Part shown: positions 25,851 through 40,405 of the stretch, piece after piece
Numbering within the stretch: position 1 is the first letter of the stretch
Layout of the letters: each line of letters opens with the position of its first letter
NCBI GenBank assembly: GCA_951406725.2
Contig: OX597821.1
Coordinates: 102,114,001-102,178,000 of the forward strand
Length of the DNA stretch: 64,000 nt
Direction of reading: 5' to 3'
Source: Octopus vulgaris
Lineage: Eukaryota
Notes under the pieces: model-generated
What the model saw: the letters and a program-made list of their open reading frames with translations, nothing else
What the model was told of the DNA's origin: nothing
Database searches by the model: none
Program-made: the position numbers and the translations under genes

Positions 25851-28800
25851 TAAGAAGTAAAATTAATAAACAAGTGGGAAGTGGACATTGCAAATCTAGG
25901 TGGTCAACCTGTCTTGGTGAATATTAACTCTAAATGGAAAGTGTTATAGGATACAATGGTTGTTTTTATCTTGTTGTGGACCTCCTCTGATGTTTGGTGG
26001 CACAATAAAATGCACTCATTCTACATTTTAAAGTAGTTGGTGATATGAATGCCAACACCCGCAAAACATGATATATATATAGTTGACTAAAACTGTTTAC
26101 TCTTGGGTTTTACACACACTGGAAATCATGAAGTTAGCACATACCTTTGGTGGTGGTGAATTTTCAAGTTTTGCAAACTAAATGCCAACTTGTAAAAAAA
26201 AAAAATAAATAAATAAAAAACCCCATTGAATTTTGAACATTTTAGTGTTCACAAAGTTGTCTATAGATTTGAGTTTTGCTAAGAAACTAGAAATGGATTG
26301 AGCTTGTATTTCTCATAGTTCTTCCATATTTTCATGAATATGCATAATGAGCTTAGGAGTTTGTTTTTTTTATTCGGAGTTTAAAGTTTTAGGGGTGTGA
26401 AAATGTTCTTTCAACTATAAACTGACATCGAATATTGTGTGTAAACATACATGTTGTTGTTCAGCTCTTGATCAGACCTAACCAAGCAGACTTTAGTTTA
26501 AGTTCTAGTCATGACAATATTGTACTTAATTCATATATTGTGCACCTTGGGCTACATTGTTCCATGTAGGATGATATGGTGAGATTTGAGAGAGATTTCA
26601 TTACTATCTCTCTGTACATCACTATAAAATTTGTAAAATTTCATCTTGCTAGGGCTATATATAACCCTTTAATATATTATGAATTAGCATCTAATGTTTC
26701 CCTAAAAATTTAGCTTTTAAACATTGGTTAAATAATACAATTAACTATTTCAGGCATATAAAAACTATGTCTGAAATCATTTTCCAGAATTTAATTTATT
26801 GTTATTTTGCTAGTTATTTACTGATGTTAATTCTTTACAAAACTACAGTGTCAAACAGATCAGACAAAACTCTTGAACTGGATACTCACATGTAACTTTC
26901 TCAGTGTGTTTTGATAGTTGTACATCAGCTGGGTAATAACTGAAATATCTACTTGCTTATATTGCTACCTGTAATCCCTTTCCAAACAGCTTTTCTTAAA
27001 CACTTCCCTACATATTTCTATTTTAGAAACCTCTTGTTACTTACTCTTCTCCACTCAGTCTATAGGTATACAGTAATTGACTTGTGCATAAATGTGGTTT
27101 TTATCTCGTTGCATATCTCTTCTCCTCTTAGAAGTTTGTGTGATTCTAGGAGCAACTGTTGGTATACTTGAACAAGAAATGTTAATGAGAAGAAATCTAA
27201 TAAAATATGGCTATTATTTAGGCAAATTATCAAGTCAAAAGCTCTGTGAATGTTTCCTAAATTCTTTCCTTTTTTTTTCTTCTTTTTTGACTACTTGGGT
27301 AGTGGTATATGAGTTCATGATTGTCTCTGGTATTCAGAATCCTGGCAACTAGCTTCCATCTTACTGTGGTCATAGTGTTAAGTATGGTATGATAAAATTG
27401 AAAATAGTAATTGCCATGATAATCATCTTGATCAGATTTTAAAATTTAAGCATGGCTAGTTAGATTATATAAATAACACATAACTCCTCACTGTAAAACA
27501 AATTGCCTTGGAATATGTTGCCATTGTTACTCCAGACTACAGAAGCATTCAACTGTGAGACTCAACCATAAGAGGGCCAACTTCTTTGATCGACCAGTCT
27601 TATCTTAGATGCAGCCAAGGCTTTGGAAACCATCATAAATGTATATGTTCATTACTTTGCCTTTTTCTCCTTAGTGGTATAGTCAGTTCCACTGGTGACT
27701 TATGTTACGCTGTGTGTAGGGCATATTTAGTTGTCTTGTTTTGATAACCTTTTATACTGTTCACTTTTTAGCAAATAAACTCTCTCTCTCTCTCTCTTAC
27801 TTAATATGCAGTTCTCTACTTCCCTGATGTGTATCAACTTTTTAGCTACTTAAACTTGTCTCAACACACTTCAGACAAGTAATCTTAGTAACTTAAGAAC
27901 AAATATCACTCAGAATTGTCCCATTAAATTCTTAGTTGTGATGACAACTTCATTAAAATGATGGGACCTATTTTTGATTTTTTAACTTTATTATCTGTTG
28001 GAAAATACACATCAGCAATATTGTACAAATTTCACTGTCAAAAAATACTTCAGTTGTGAATATTTACTGGCTTAGATATTCTCCACCATAGTGGGGTTTT
28101 ACTTCCTCATTTCATTGAACTACAAGATCTTTTTTCCAGGAAACGCCATTTACAAGAATAAACCTATCCTTACAAGTCTCTGGCTCTACATTCACTCCTT
28201 TGTTCTCTATCTTGTATGTAGTCTGTTGGGTTTTTGTCATGCCCATCTTGTTGCTACCCTATTCCTCTGGTCTTCATTCAGCATTCTGTTGAATCTTATA
28301 TCCTTAAAACTGTTCTTCTCAGTTCACTGCTTGTCTGGACCTTGTCACAATGTATTAATCCACAATTTAAACTAGACATTCACTAACTAATCCTGCCTGG
28401 CTATATACAGCCTTGAGCTTTGGTCTTGTTCCTCATACAAACAGTTAATGATAATGATTTCTTTTGTTTGCATGAGGCCACAAATTGTGAATAGGAGGTT
28501 ACACAAATTTAGTTTTATGTTCTGACTTCAAACCCCACCAGAGAAATTAAAGTATTTAGTCTAACACTAATATTTCTAACTTAAAAAAATTTCTTCATTA
28601 AATCTGTTTTAATATAATTTAAGAATGTAATGAGAAAAATGGAGTTGGTTTTGAAAATATTTCATTTACTGACTCTATTCTCATAATATCAACTGGTGCT
28701 GGAGTTCCAGCCTCCCTGACCATATCAATTACTTTCATATGATCATTAGGTCAGTCATATCTTTTTGGTAATATCTTAATAGTTTTTGTGCATAATGTGT

Positions 28801-29009
28801 GTGACTATGGGATCTGCAGTGAGAGGCTTGTCTGTGTGTGATTGGCAAGCCAGCTTTGATAGGTGTATTTTTGATAATTGAGCAATATTTTGATTCTGGT
28901 ACTAGATTGTTTATATACTATTTTTCTATGATTGCTAGTTTGTATGTTGATAAATATTTGTTGGAATAAGATTTGAGTGTCACATGTTTATTCAGTTTAT
29001 TTTTTTTAT

Positions 29010-29313
29010 TATTTCTTTCGGTCATTGGACTGTGACCATGCTGGGGCACCACCTCAATGGGTTTTTTTTAGTCAAACTAATTAACCCCAGTACTTATCAG
29101 TCTCTTTCATCGAACCACTAAGTTATGGGGATAGAAAGAAACTAACAACAATTGTCAAGTGTGTTTGTGATGGGTATCTTTCAGTTTCCATCTCTAAAAT
29201 CCACTCAAGGCTTGTCAACCTGGGGCAATAAAAGACACTTGCCCAAGTTGCCAAACTGTAGGATTAAGCCTAGAACCATGTGGTTGGGAAGCAAACGTCT
29301 CACCACACAACCA
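29010..29313 (-). mobile_element. family B SINE
   Basis: catgtggttgggaagcaaacgtctcaccacacaaccatg (reverse head); gacacttgcccaag; tail tttcggtcattggactgtgaccatgctgggg. Confidence 0.75.
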
Positions 29314-29627
29314 TGTTGTGATGTTTTACATTTTTATTTTTGTGCTGTGGTGGGAGTAATGTAATTTAGCAGTATTGTTTTGATAGTATATTTCTCAGCT
29401 GAGAGTTGTGTTAATTTGCAGGTTATTTACCATACTTTTTTTTTGTCTTAGTATTAATGTACAAAGATTTGTGTTGATTTGCAACTAGTTTGTTTGTGTT
29501 TTATGTAGTGGTGAAACAAAATTACATTTTCCTTTTCTAATATCAATTGCCTGTTTCTTGTCCCAAATTGGTAGTACAATTTTAAATCCCCAGCTGTATT
29601 TTAGAATATTTAATATATATATATGTA

Positions 29628-29690
<63 letters not shown>

Positions 29691-31802
29691 TTGAGTCAAA
29701 TGCGAATTCTAGTTGTTTTAAATATTTGCCTGTAAATTTTGTTCCTTCTCTGTGAAATGTGTATTTAATCTTTGTAGAAAATATTTTTGTTGCTTTTTCT
29801 ATATTAATGTGCAAATTAAGTATATCATTCCTAAATTTTTTGTGGATATGATTAAAAGTGTAATTGTGCTCTTGATTTGATTTTTGTGTGAATTTAATGC
29901 CAGTTGGGCAATCAACTTTGTAAACCCAAGCTTCAGTTGTTTGGATGATATTTTGCATCCTGGGGTGGGCATCACTGAAACTAAAAGTGACCATATAGTT
30001 TAATAGTTTTAGTTTTGAGGTTATATTAGGGAATAATTTTTAGCATTTTCTCTTATATGACAATTACTGCTATGAGTCATTAAATTTGATGTTGTACTGG
30101 GGAATTTCCAATGTATATAAAATAATTGGTGTTAAGCACAATGTTCTAAATGTATGAGATAGTTATTGGTCCAAAGTTTTTCAGATGTTTTTGGTTAATG
30201 TTGAAAATATTTTTCTTGTTATTACTTTCATTACTGTCACTTTCACCAATATAATTAGTTCATCATTGTTTTCACATCTATAACGCTATTAAAACTGTAT
30301 CATAAAAACTAAAATCTTTTCTTTGAACAAACACTTCAAATCTGATCAGTTGTTGATTCTCGATAAAACTCAATGTGGGAACTTATTTTTAAAACCCCAC
30401 ATTAGATAACTGTTCAGATTTTGGGGATACTGTTGCGACACATACAGATTTAGATTGCATCCAAAAGGTCATGTGTCTGATTTACAAAGATTCAGTTAAC
30501 AAAATATTTCGACTACAGGTTTACAAACATGTTTAAACTCTCTAGCCCTTCTGTTCTTACAATAGGTTCAACTACTTTGAGTTATCTATTACTAGCTACC
30601 CCCAGAGCCACCCCCATCTCTCAGCTTCCTATTTAATATATGGAAAGTGTTTCACTTTCTACATATAAATCCTTTCATTTTATATATTTATTTTAATTAA
30701 ATTCTAGAATAGAGAATTTAGGCTTTCATAAAAGATCTACATCTTTGCTTTTTGATATAATATGGTAGTGTTTGCAACACAATGAAATATTCTTACATAA
30801 AACTACTTTAAGATTTTTATCTCAAAACTTCTTTAATTATAAACAAGCGCATTTAATGAAATATAAAATTAGTTATTAATCTACATTCATTTTGGATAAA
30901 TAATAAAACTGTAGTATAGATTTGTGCATATCATTGGATTTTCAGTTTAATCTATGTACATCTAAAATGAGTACACGTGAAATGCTGAGGTATACCAAAG
31001 TAATGAAATACATCTCAAATATGAAGTGTTCCACCAATTTACAACTAGGTATATTGAGCTTTTGAGTGTTGTCTTTGTCAAGACAGTACACAGTGTCGTT
31101 GAAATAATCAAATCATCGTTACAGCTATTATAAGCTTTTTGCTTTCAAATTAAATATTGATTAATCATAATTTGAAATTCTTACACCTTTAAAGGGACAT
31201 ACCTATCTCCTCATTTCACTGAAGAGTATGATATTTCTAGTATCTCTATGCTACCCTGTAAAGTATCTTATTTTTTTGAGATTGCAAATATATTTCTTTT
31301 AGTTATCCAATGACTGCTTGCTAAGTTGAATTCTCAATATCAGTCCTGGGGATTAGTATAGCACAAATAAGATTTGCATTATATTCCTCTGTACATAGAA
31401 CGAGGTGTTTTATTTATGTCCTGAATATTCTTGAGAGAAGTATGAACATGAATAATAACCCTGCATCCTACTTAAAAATCCTGTACTTGTTGAGAGTTGT
31501 TAATTTTGTTATAATTATTTTTTGATATAAATATTCAAATGGTGTAAAGCAGTTATTTTTAGATAGCTAAGTAATTATTTCAGTACTGATGTACTACTAT
31601 TTACATTCCGATGGATTTCATAACTAATTCCTTCTAGCTGATAGTTTACATGTGAACCAAGGTAAATCAAATGAATGCAGCAGCAATAATCAGACATGCT
31701 TTATTTAATATTTAATGGAAACAGTAATATTGTCTTTTCAGCAAAGCCTTTTATCTTTATTGTAACTTATAATGTTTATTTAATATTTATCTTTTTTAAT
31801 AG

Positions 31803-31930
31803 GTACAAAAGTCCGCAGTGCGGGTGTTTGGTGATTGGTCAGAACACATTAGCTCTTCGGGTAAAAAGTACTATTATAATTGTAAGACAGAAGTATCACA
31901 GTGGGAAAAACCTAAAGAATGGCATGATAT
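31803..31930 (+). CDS. WAC: WAC exon B encoding the WW domain
   Basis: tttttaatag acceptor and at|gtaagt donor; 128 nt. Translates [42 protein letters not shown], nearly identical to the WAC WW domain as I recall it ([30 protein letters not shown]). Confidence 0.95.
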
Positions 31931-32559
31931 GTAAGTATAAATTTGGTTTTATGTTCCCCCTGTATTATTTGTAGATATAGATCTGTTTTAAATGCTTACT
32001 ATAACTGCATATATTTTCAACAATTGATCCTCCATATCACATTTTCCAAATTTAGTAGTTGACCTCATCAGAGAAACGAATTGAAACTTAGGTATTATCA
32101 TCACTCATTAACTTCATAATAGATCTTTAAAAATAAGGATGTAAATTAAAAGGTCTGTTCTTTGGCATATATATCTTCCTTTCAATTACTTAAATCTTTC
32201 TATGCATTATAAGTTGTTTCCCCCTTGTAACATTAGAAATCCAACATAATATTCTCTTGCCTTATACTAAAATTATCTTATATGGAGCATGTCATAAATA
32301 TTCAAATATTTTTCTCAACTCTGATTTATTTCTTACAAGTATTCAGCATTAACTAAGAAAGTAATTCTGCAAATGTAATTATCTTACTATGAACATTTGA
32401 TAATATATTTATGACAAACTTACCCTCATAGATGAAATTTATTTTAATAATTTCATCTGCACTTCTCGATTGGTTTGATCTCCAGTCATCATCATCAAAT
32501 GTTCTGTTCTTGGATATAACCTAAAGTTAAAATAACACTGTTATCCATGAGACCACTGA

Positions 32560-32870
32560 TGATAATTGCCTGCAGAGTGTTTCACTTGGAGATCAGAGTC
32601 TCTCTCCAAGTTGAGCTGCTACTTCTCTGCATTGAGAGATAACAGCTCTAGAACTACAGGCACGTGATTAGAATGCGGCAGAAAAAGATTCTAAGAGTAA
32701 TTCATCACGCCAAACCAACTGGCAGGAGATGTAGACCAAGAGTGAGATGGGTGGATAACATCTATAGTCTCAGTTGGTCATGCTCAAGAATCCTTCAGGA
32801 AAGTGTAGTGATAATTATTTTTGACAGCACTCTTTGGAGGAGGTGCCTGAGAGCTCTAGGGTGGTAAAAA
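32560..32870 (+). mobile_element. RTE (Rex3/Expander-like) LINE ORF C-terminal fragment
   Basis: EIRVSLQVELLLLCIER*QL*NYRHVIRM...AKPTGRRCRPRVRWVDNI resembles the RTE C-terminal pattern PLLLRIERSQLRWFGH...GRRPRGRPRTRW. Confidence 0.7.
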
Positions 32871-33502
32871 CCTACCGCATCATCATTATTTAAGGAATGT
32901 CATATAAAAGTGTCCCATGAAGTAAGTTTTAAATTGAAGTGAAAAGCATTAAAGTACTTAGGGTGAAAGAGAAAATTAAAATGAAAACAAGAGAAAATAT
33001 CTCTAAAACTTTGAAAATGTGATTTGTTTTGAAACAATTTAAGCATAATGTTGTCACTAATATTGAAAGCATTACTAGTGTTTATATTCAAAATTTTCCT
33101 TACAACTGATCATAACTTTTATCACTAGAAATGATAAAATTAATATCTTTATAATATTACTTTTAAAATGGTAGCATTTCTACATAAAATAGTTGTTGCT
33201 GTTCAAACCTACATCAGCCCTGGTTAAGTTAATCTCTTAAGACATTCTGATCATGACTATCCTTGTCCTTTTACTTGGCATAAGGCATCTAGGACCCTAT
33301 TATCAATGTCTTTTCTCAAATGATAGGTTGCAAAGTTAAAAGTTTGTCTTCTGTTTGTAGTAGGTTGAGCAACTGTGTAGAAACTCTATATTGTAAATAT
33401 ATTGTTAAATGTTTAAATCTCACTGGGGAATTGAATTCTCAAACATGAGTCCTGAAGGTATCTTATGTCTAGTATAAATAAAACTATTATTAGCTTTGTT
33501 TA

Positions 33503-33941
33503 ATGTGGTGAGCTGGCAGAATTGTTAGCATGCTGAACGAAATGCTTAGCAGTATTTCATCTGTCTTTATGTTCTGAGTTCAAATTCTGCTGAGGTCAGC
33601 TTTGCCTTTCATCCTTTCAGGGTTGATAAATTAAGTACCAGTTGCATACTGAGGTCGATCTAATCGACTGGCCCCCTCCCCCCATATTTCAGGCCTTGTG
33701 CCTATAGTAGAAAGAATTATTAGCTTTAAGTCAATGAGCAAGCAGAATTGTTAGCATGTCAGGCAAAATTCTTTGCAACATTTCATCAGTCTTCTCATTC
33801 TGCATTCAAATTCTGCCAGGGTCAACTTTACCTGCTGTCCTTTTGAGGTTGATAAAATAAGTACCAGTAAAGGACTGGGGTCGGTGTAATTAACTTGGGT
33901 CCTTCCCTGAAATTGCTGGCTTTGCACCAAAATTCGAAACC
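33503..33941 (+). mobile_element. two tandem family C SINEs (~33503-33715 and ~33728-33941)
   Basis: tRNA-like head ggtgagctggcagaattgttagc...gagttcaaattc; central tttgcctttcatcctttcagggttgataaattaagtaccag; shared target duplication attattagcttt. Confidence 0.85.
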
Positions 33942-35121
33942 ATTATTAGCTTTGTTTCACTCTGCAATATAGGATGTTCTTTATTTTTGTTTTCATTTAT
34001 AAGGCTTATCATTTTGGTCGTCTCTTCTGAATACATAGGTTCACACCACTAATACTTAATTACTCTTTTGATTAACTTTTTCGGTTTTCCATTTTTCATG
34101 TAATTTAATATTGCCCATCAGTCATTATATTGTGTCAATATCAAAGCTTTCTGCTATTTTGTAAATCATCCAAACCACAGGTTTGAGAATCTGGGATTGT
34201 TGTTTGGGTGACTAGAAAAAAATGTTGAAGATTGAAAATATTGTAGATTTTGCTAATTTCTGGTGGTCATGACAAGAATGACTGTACTGTGATTGTTGCA
34301 TGTTCAATGAGTCATAATAAATCATCTTTCTCTGGCCTCTTCAGATAATAAGGGTTGAGGAGAGATCTCTACTGAACAGCTACTTGTACAATGTAATTAC
34401 TGCTAACCATTTTTAAGACTCTTTTTTCTAAAACATCATTCTTTGCACTGCTCTCTTATACCATTTACACAAGATCATGGGGAGATTGGGTCGTTCTTTG
34501 CTTAGAACTTTCTTTGCAGTTGTTTCACGAGAAATATGGCACTTGTGGTTCCATGTTCTGGTACAACTCCAAATGTCATCTCAAAAATAACCTTATTCTG
34601 TGCTAACATTGCTAAGGTTTTAACTGGATTCAAGACATAACCTGTCAGTTTGAGACTCTGTTATTGTTCCTTTGTGTTAGTTTATGTTGAAGCCGATACA
34701 TTAACTGTTGGAGATAACACTGTCTTGCACAATGCGCTTAACTAAGAAATAAGCACATTACCAACTTGGCCTGATGATCTTAACATCTGAGCTAGTATTA
34801 GTAATAGTCCTGCTGTTTTTTCTACCTCGATCTCAATTGTACTAACTGTATTAAAACTAATCTGTATAGAAAGCACTACTATCAGTTTCACTATGGGGTT
34901 GGGTTCTCACTATTGCACTTTCATTTGTTTATGTTGCTTTCTTTCTCCAACAGTAGGAGCAAGTGCACTAATGTTCAGATATATTTCTCTCTATATGTTT
35001 TGAGATATTTGAATGACTTTTGTTTTGGTTGCTTAATCTTCCTATTTCTCTTCATTCATTCATTCATCAAAATCAGATTAAAAATAAATGTTGTATTCAA
35101 ACATGTTCTTGTATCTTCCAG

Positions 35122-35198
35122 GCCGAACAAGGGAACAGATAACAAGTTACAAGAAAATAAAGCTCCAAGCAAGCACAATGCCAATTTACATAGTAAAT
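35122..35198 (+). CDS. WAC: WAC exon C
   Basis: cttccag acceptor and aat|gtaagt donor. 77 nt, phase 2 to 1, matching both neighbours. Translates (M)PNKGTDNKLQENKAPSKHNANLHSK. Confidence 0.85.
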
Positions 35199-35949
35199 GT
35201 AAGTTATGCTTTGGGTATAAATTTCTTTTGGAAATGTATATTATGTGAATTGTACTTAGCTTCTATTCTAAAATAGCATTTGTCTATTTCTTAGCACCTC
35301 TCACTCTTCCTAAAAAAAAAAAAAAGTGGAGAGGTTTTAGAGATAGTATTTCAAATTGAACCTGCTAATATTTAGCTTATAACATATTGGTCTTTTTTTA
35401 TAAGTGTCATAATTTCTTCAAGTTCTTTCTCTAATGCCGTCATGTTGGGAGCTGTTAGACTGCAAAATGATATTCACTTATTTTGAAACTAGAAATTATC
35501 CTTGAAAAGTTCTGTAAGAAAATTAAGTTGAAATGATCCCGATTATGCTAGATGACTAGTGGCGCAGCTATATCCCCTATAAAGTTTGCATAAATAGCTA
35601 GTGTTTGCCTAAGCATCTATCTTTATAAAACATGTATGTATATTCCATTATGATATTCATATAGAAAATACAGTTCTATCTAAACTATAAAATCTTGAAT
35701 ACAAATTACAATTTAAAATGCTTTTCTGAAATAGAATTTTACAGTAAGTTTTTCAAGTAGTGATATTTGACATGTTATTCATGTTGCTCCTGTGTATTCC
35801 AGTGTATCAAATATTTCACTAAACACTGAACCAGTAGCTTATTGGTTTCTTACCCAATAAATCTGTTAGATTTTTGAGTCAATTGATTTTCATGTTTTCA
35901 TGATTGGAAGGTTGAAGGCTGGAAAGATAATTAAACTCATAGCCATTTA

Positions 35950-36600
35950 CTATTTACACATTACCTATACATTTAAGATTGCGTTTGCTCAAGAGCAACA
36001 ACTTTGTCTGCACTGAATTTATCAAAAGCTAGAGAAGATTGGTGTGTGAAAGTAAAATCAGTATCCAACAGTGCTGGTTTACAGCAAAGATACTCATGAT
36101 AGTAATTGCTAACAATTACTCTACAGTTGTTGAAGAAGTTAGTGATTGCCAGGTCATAGGTGAATGTTGTCATGAGAAGTGCAATTATATGTGTATATTA
36201 TGGCACTTAAAGAGAAGTTTGGACCGGCTTGGGGGATATTCTGTTTCAGGGTAATAAACTGCTTTAACTTTAGACTTTGTTACCTTAATGGCTGAAAGTA
36301 TCTCACTTGATGGGCAGCAGTTGGGTGATTCTATTAATGATGTGTTCTTAGTTGTACAATGAGCTGCTCAGCATTTGGTAAACAGATGTTTATCTAAGGA
36401 TTTTGGTAGTACAAGATGTTTAAAACTAAACCATTAGGGCAAAGAATTGGCAGAGTTATGAGTGTTAGCCTTGCTGTCCATCTTTGTTTGGAGTCCCAGT
36501 AAGGAGTTATGAACGCTACCTTCCATTTTGACTAAAAAAGGATAAATAAGAATTGATACTTATATTGTAGTCGTAGATGGGTTGGTATGAGACATATTTG
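35950..36600 (+). mobile_element. very decayed LINE RT remnant
   Basis: SIQQCWF (EEQCGF-like) and LKRSLDRL (L.KAFDRV-like) in the expected order. Confidence 0.35.
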
Positions 36601-37157
36601 TTGCCTTGCAGATCTGGTAGATAATTGATTGTCAATTAGTCTGAGTTGAAATAGCTAAGGGGACACAATAGTCTTTCATAATTTTTTTTTTTTTAAGTGT
36701 AAAATTTAAAAACTGATCTGTGTGTTTCTCTCAGATTTTGTTGCAGTTATAAAAATTGCATTCTTTCTCAAACCAGCAAGGAATCCACTCAGTCCAAAGG
36801 ATAGGAAGTCAGTATTAAACTAGCTGGTAATTAAGGAGATACATAGTTCACTAACTAATCGATTATTTTGTTCATATACTGAGGAAGGTACATAACTCTG
36901 CATAAACCAGTGAGAGAGCCTCTACACGGTTGCTTTACTATTATCTCAAAATAAGGCACTTTGAGTAATGTAGACTGGGATGCACTTTTGTAGTATAGTA
37001 ATGACTTGAATGCCTTTGATCAGTGCTGAGTGAGAAGCTAAACAATGTAACTGCTGGTTTTCATTTTTACTTTACTGACAAATGGATGCTAGTAGTGTGG
37101 TAAATCAGCTGTAAAAGCAATGCAGAAAAATACCCAAATTTGCAGAACGTGTGTGTA

Positions 37158-38404
37158 CAAGGGGTGTTCATTAAAGATTTCCTCTGATCCTCTTCTCAAG
37201 GACTCGAATAAACGAAACTTGGCATAATTATTAGTCCTTCTCTATATAGCCACCACCAATGGTGACACACTCCTCTCATCGCTTAATGCAGCTGTGAAGA
37301 CCTTGTCTATGGAAGTTGGTAGGTAGCACCTGGAGCCAAGATTCTACCTTAGAAATAAGTCCATCGTCATCCAAAAAGTGCTTCCTCTTAAAAAGAAACT
37401 TCATGGTTGGAAAAGAGGTGGGAGTCAGATGATGCAAGGTCGGGTGAGGAAGGGCTTCATAGCCACAGGAGTGTGCTTTCATTTGGGCAACATGTGCATT
37501 GTGAACTGGGGTATTGTCTTGGAGGAGGCAAACTCCTTTGGTCAGCATGCCACACCTCTCTGCTTTGATGGTGTTCTGCAATTTCTGTCTGCAGAGAAGC
37601 ATAATATGCCCCATTAATTGTGGTGCCCTTTGCCAGAAAATTCATCATCACTACTCTGCACTAGTCCCAAAAGACTGAGCATCACCTTGTCTGCTGATGT
37701 TTGGACACGAGCAATCTTTGTATATCGTGAGTTCTGCTTCCATTGCTTCAACTGCTCAGTCTCAAGATGGTAGTAGTGATAGATCCATGTTTCATCCTGT
37801 GTGATAAGTCTGCCGAAAAGTCACCTCATTTTCTTGGCATATTGCCAAAAGAGCCTGGGAGCAATTGACTTATTCCTGCTTCTGTAAAGGTATGAGCATC
37901 TGGGGAATCCATCATGCAGACAACTTCAGCATGTGCAAATGGTCATGAATGAGTTTTTTTCTTCACTTCTTGGGCTGGTTGCTGAACAGTTATGCTTCAA
38001 TCTTCCAAAATGGTGGCTTCCACTTTATGGATGGTGTCATCATCAATGGTGGAATGTGGTCGTCCAGGAATAGGAGCAGTTTCCACCAATGTCTGATAAC
38101 ATTTGAACTGGCAGTGCCAGTGCTTCACTATGTCATATGATGATGCATTGTCACCATAAACTTCTTTCATCTCATTGAAAGTCTCTTTTGGTATATGACC
38201 TTTCAAGTGTAAGAACCTGATCACTGATTTGCATTCAACTGCTTCCATTAATAACATCCTAGTCCACTTCAGCCATAAAGGACAAACGAATACCAGTGGA
38301 AGGCTGCAGTTTACAATGTAACATGTATGGTTATACCTGTACAAGTTCTATTTCCTGCAATAACCAGAAGTGGGTTTGGGGAAATCTTCAATAAACACCC
38401 TCTG
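37158..38404 (-). mobile_element. full-length decayed mariner (DD34D-type) transposon, ~1.25 kb
   Basis: Imperfect TIRs caaggggtgttcattaaagatttcc / ggaaatcttcaataaacaccctctg with a TA flank. HTH region VIRFLHLKG...EVYGDNA...GRP, LLQDNTPVH and EALPHP motifs; frameshifted. Confidence 0.9.
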
Positions 38405-38534
38405 TGTGTGTGTGCGTGCACAGCTTTGTCAAATAAATGAAAAAAGAATGCTCAGTGCGTGTTAGGATTTAAAAAATTTTTTAAATTGAAACTCAAGTTG
38501 AGAGACAAATTCTCAACTTCAGTTTCAGTAAAAA

Positions 38535-38890
38535 CATCATCATCATCGTTTAATGTCTGCTTCCCATGCTAGCATGGGTTGAATGGTTTGAGTGAAAACT
38601 GATAAGCCAGGGGGGTTGCACCAGGTTCCAATCTGATTTGGCAAGGTTTCTACAGCCGGATGCCCTTCTTAATGCCAACCACTCCAAGAGTGTAGTGGGT
38701 GCTTTTTACATGCCACTAACCATCAGCCACGACTATGGTCTCACTTAGCTTGACAGGTCAATACAAGCTTGGTATATCGCTAAGTGTCTTGGTCACCTGT
38801 CACTGCCACCACGAGGCCCAATGCTCGAATGGTGCTTATGTACCAAGCAGACAGCACTGGCATTGGCCACAACTACAATTTCACTTGGTT
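38535..38890 (-). mobile_element. family A SINE
   Basis: catcatcatcatcgtttaatgtctgcttcccatgctagcatggg...gtgtagtgggtgctttttac. Confidence 0.8.
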
Positions 38891-39577
38891 GGCTAAGATT
38901 TATAATGTAAGCACTGTCATACGCAGTTCCTTTGAAAACACCACTGTCAGACACAAATGCAACAACAGATCCACTGTTTGGATTTCAATCACTATATTGT
39001 TTGTCAAGTGACGATGTTAACAATTGCTTATTTGTTGGCTTTTCTCAAATTAGGCATCGGCTTTTAACCTTATCCCCACCACCATGCCTTAACCTATTTC
39101 ATATGTAATTTCTCAGGTTTTTAATTCATGCTGTTTGAAGTTTGGAGATTAATTCACTTGAAGCACTAAATGATATGATACCTTGCTTTATTTAATGTTA
39201 AGAGTGAAATAAATGCAAATAAATATTTATACCGGATTTGAAAAACAAGTGGACAGTATGTAGCATAACTGGTATCACAGCCATCCAGCGTGAGATAGAT
39301 ACATGATTTAAGTGTGACACTGGGCTTGTGTGTTTTATTTATTTATTTTTTATTTCAAGTATTTTGATGAACAGCTTCAGATTGCGCCTTCCTTCATGTA
39401 GTTTACATATTTGTTAGACAGACAAGATGAAAAGGTTTCCCCATGGAGAACCATCATCAGTTTGGACTGGATCTTGACCCTGTGATTAATGATTGAAGAA
39501 ACTGCCCTATCAGCTGGCACACCTTTTCATTCATTGCATGACTGGTATTCCAGCATGCAGAGGATTTTAGAGACTCA

Positions 39578-39830
39578 ATCATCATCATCATCATCATCGT
39601 TTAGCATCCGTTTTCCATGCTAGCATGGGTTGGACGGTTCAACTGGGGTCTGTGAAGCCAGAAGGCTTCATCAGGCCCAGTCAGATCTGGCAGTGTTTCT
39701 ATGGCTGGATGCCCTTCCTAACGCCAACCACTCCGTGAGTGTAGTGGGTGCTTTTTACGTGCCACCCGCACAGGTGCCAGACAGAGCTGGCAAATGGCCA
39801 CGAACGGATGGTGCTTTTTATGTGCCATTC
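39578..39830 (-). mobile_element. young family A SINE
   Basis: (CAT)n gtttagcatccgttttccatgctagcatgggttggacgg...ggtgctttttacgtgccacccgcacagg. Confidence 0.85.
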
Positions 39831-40051
39831 CAGTTAAGTTAGTCTAACCCATGCTTGCATGGAATACTGACATTAGGTGATAATGATATTCAAACTTGTC
39901 ATAATTTACCCCTTTCCTCAGTAAAAAGTATAAGTATGAGAGTTAAAAACCTGGTATTTACAGAAGTGAGTGAGAGAGAGAGAGAGAGATTTGCATGCAC
40001 ATACATGCTTAGTGTTTGTTTTGAGCCTTTTGAAATATTTAGTACATAAAG

Positions 40052-40405
40052 ATGCAAGCATGGCTATATGGTAAGATGTTTGCTCTCCAACTATGTGGTT
40101 TGGTCCCAGTGTGTGGCACCTTGGGTATTTTTTACTATAGCTCTAGGCCAACCAAATCCTTGTGAATGGATTTGGTAGATGGAAACTAGAAGAAGCTCAT
40201 TGTATATATGTGTGTCTGTCTTTGTCCCTTGTCACCATTTGACAACCGGTGTTGGTTTATTTATATTCCTGCAACCTAGCAGTTTGACATAAGAGATTGA
40301 TAAAGTGCCAAGCTGAAGAAATAAGTACTGAAGTTGATTCATTCAACTAAAATGCTTCAAGGCTGTTTCCCATCATGGTTGCAGTCCAATGACAAACAAG
40401 TTAAA
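40052..40405 (+). mobile_element. family B SINE, full length
   Basis: gcatggctatatggtaagatgtttgc head; gtgaatggatttggtagatggaaact; tail catggttgcagtccaatgacaaacaag. Confidence 0.75.
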
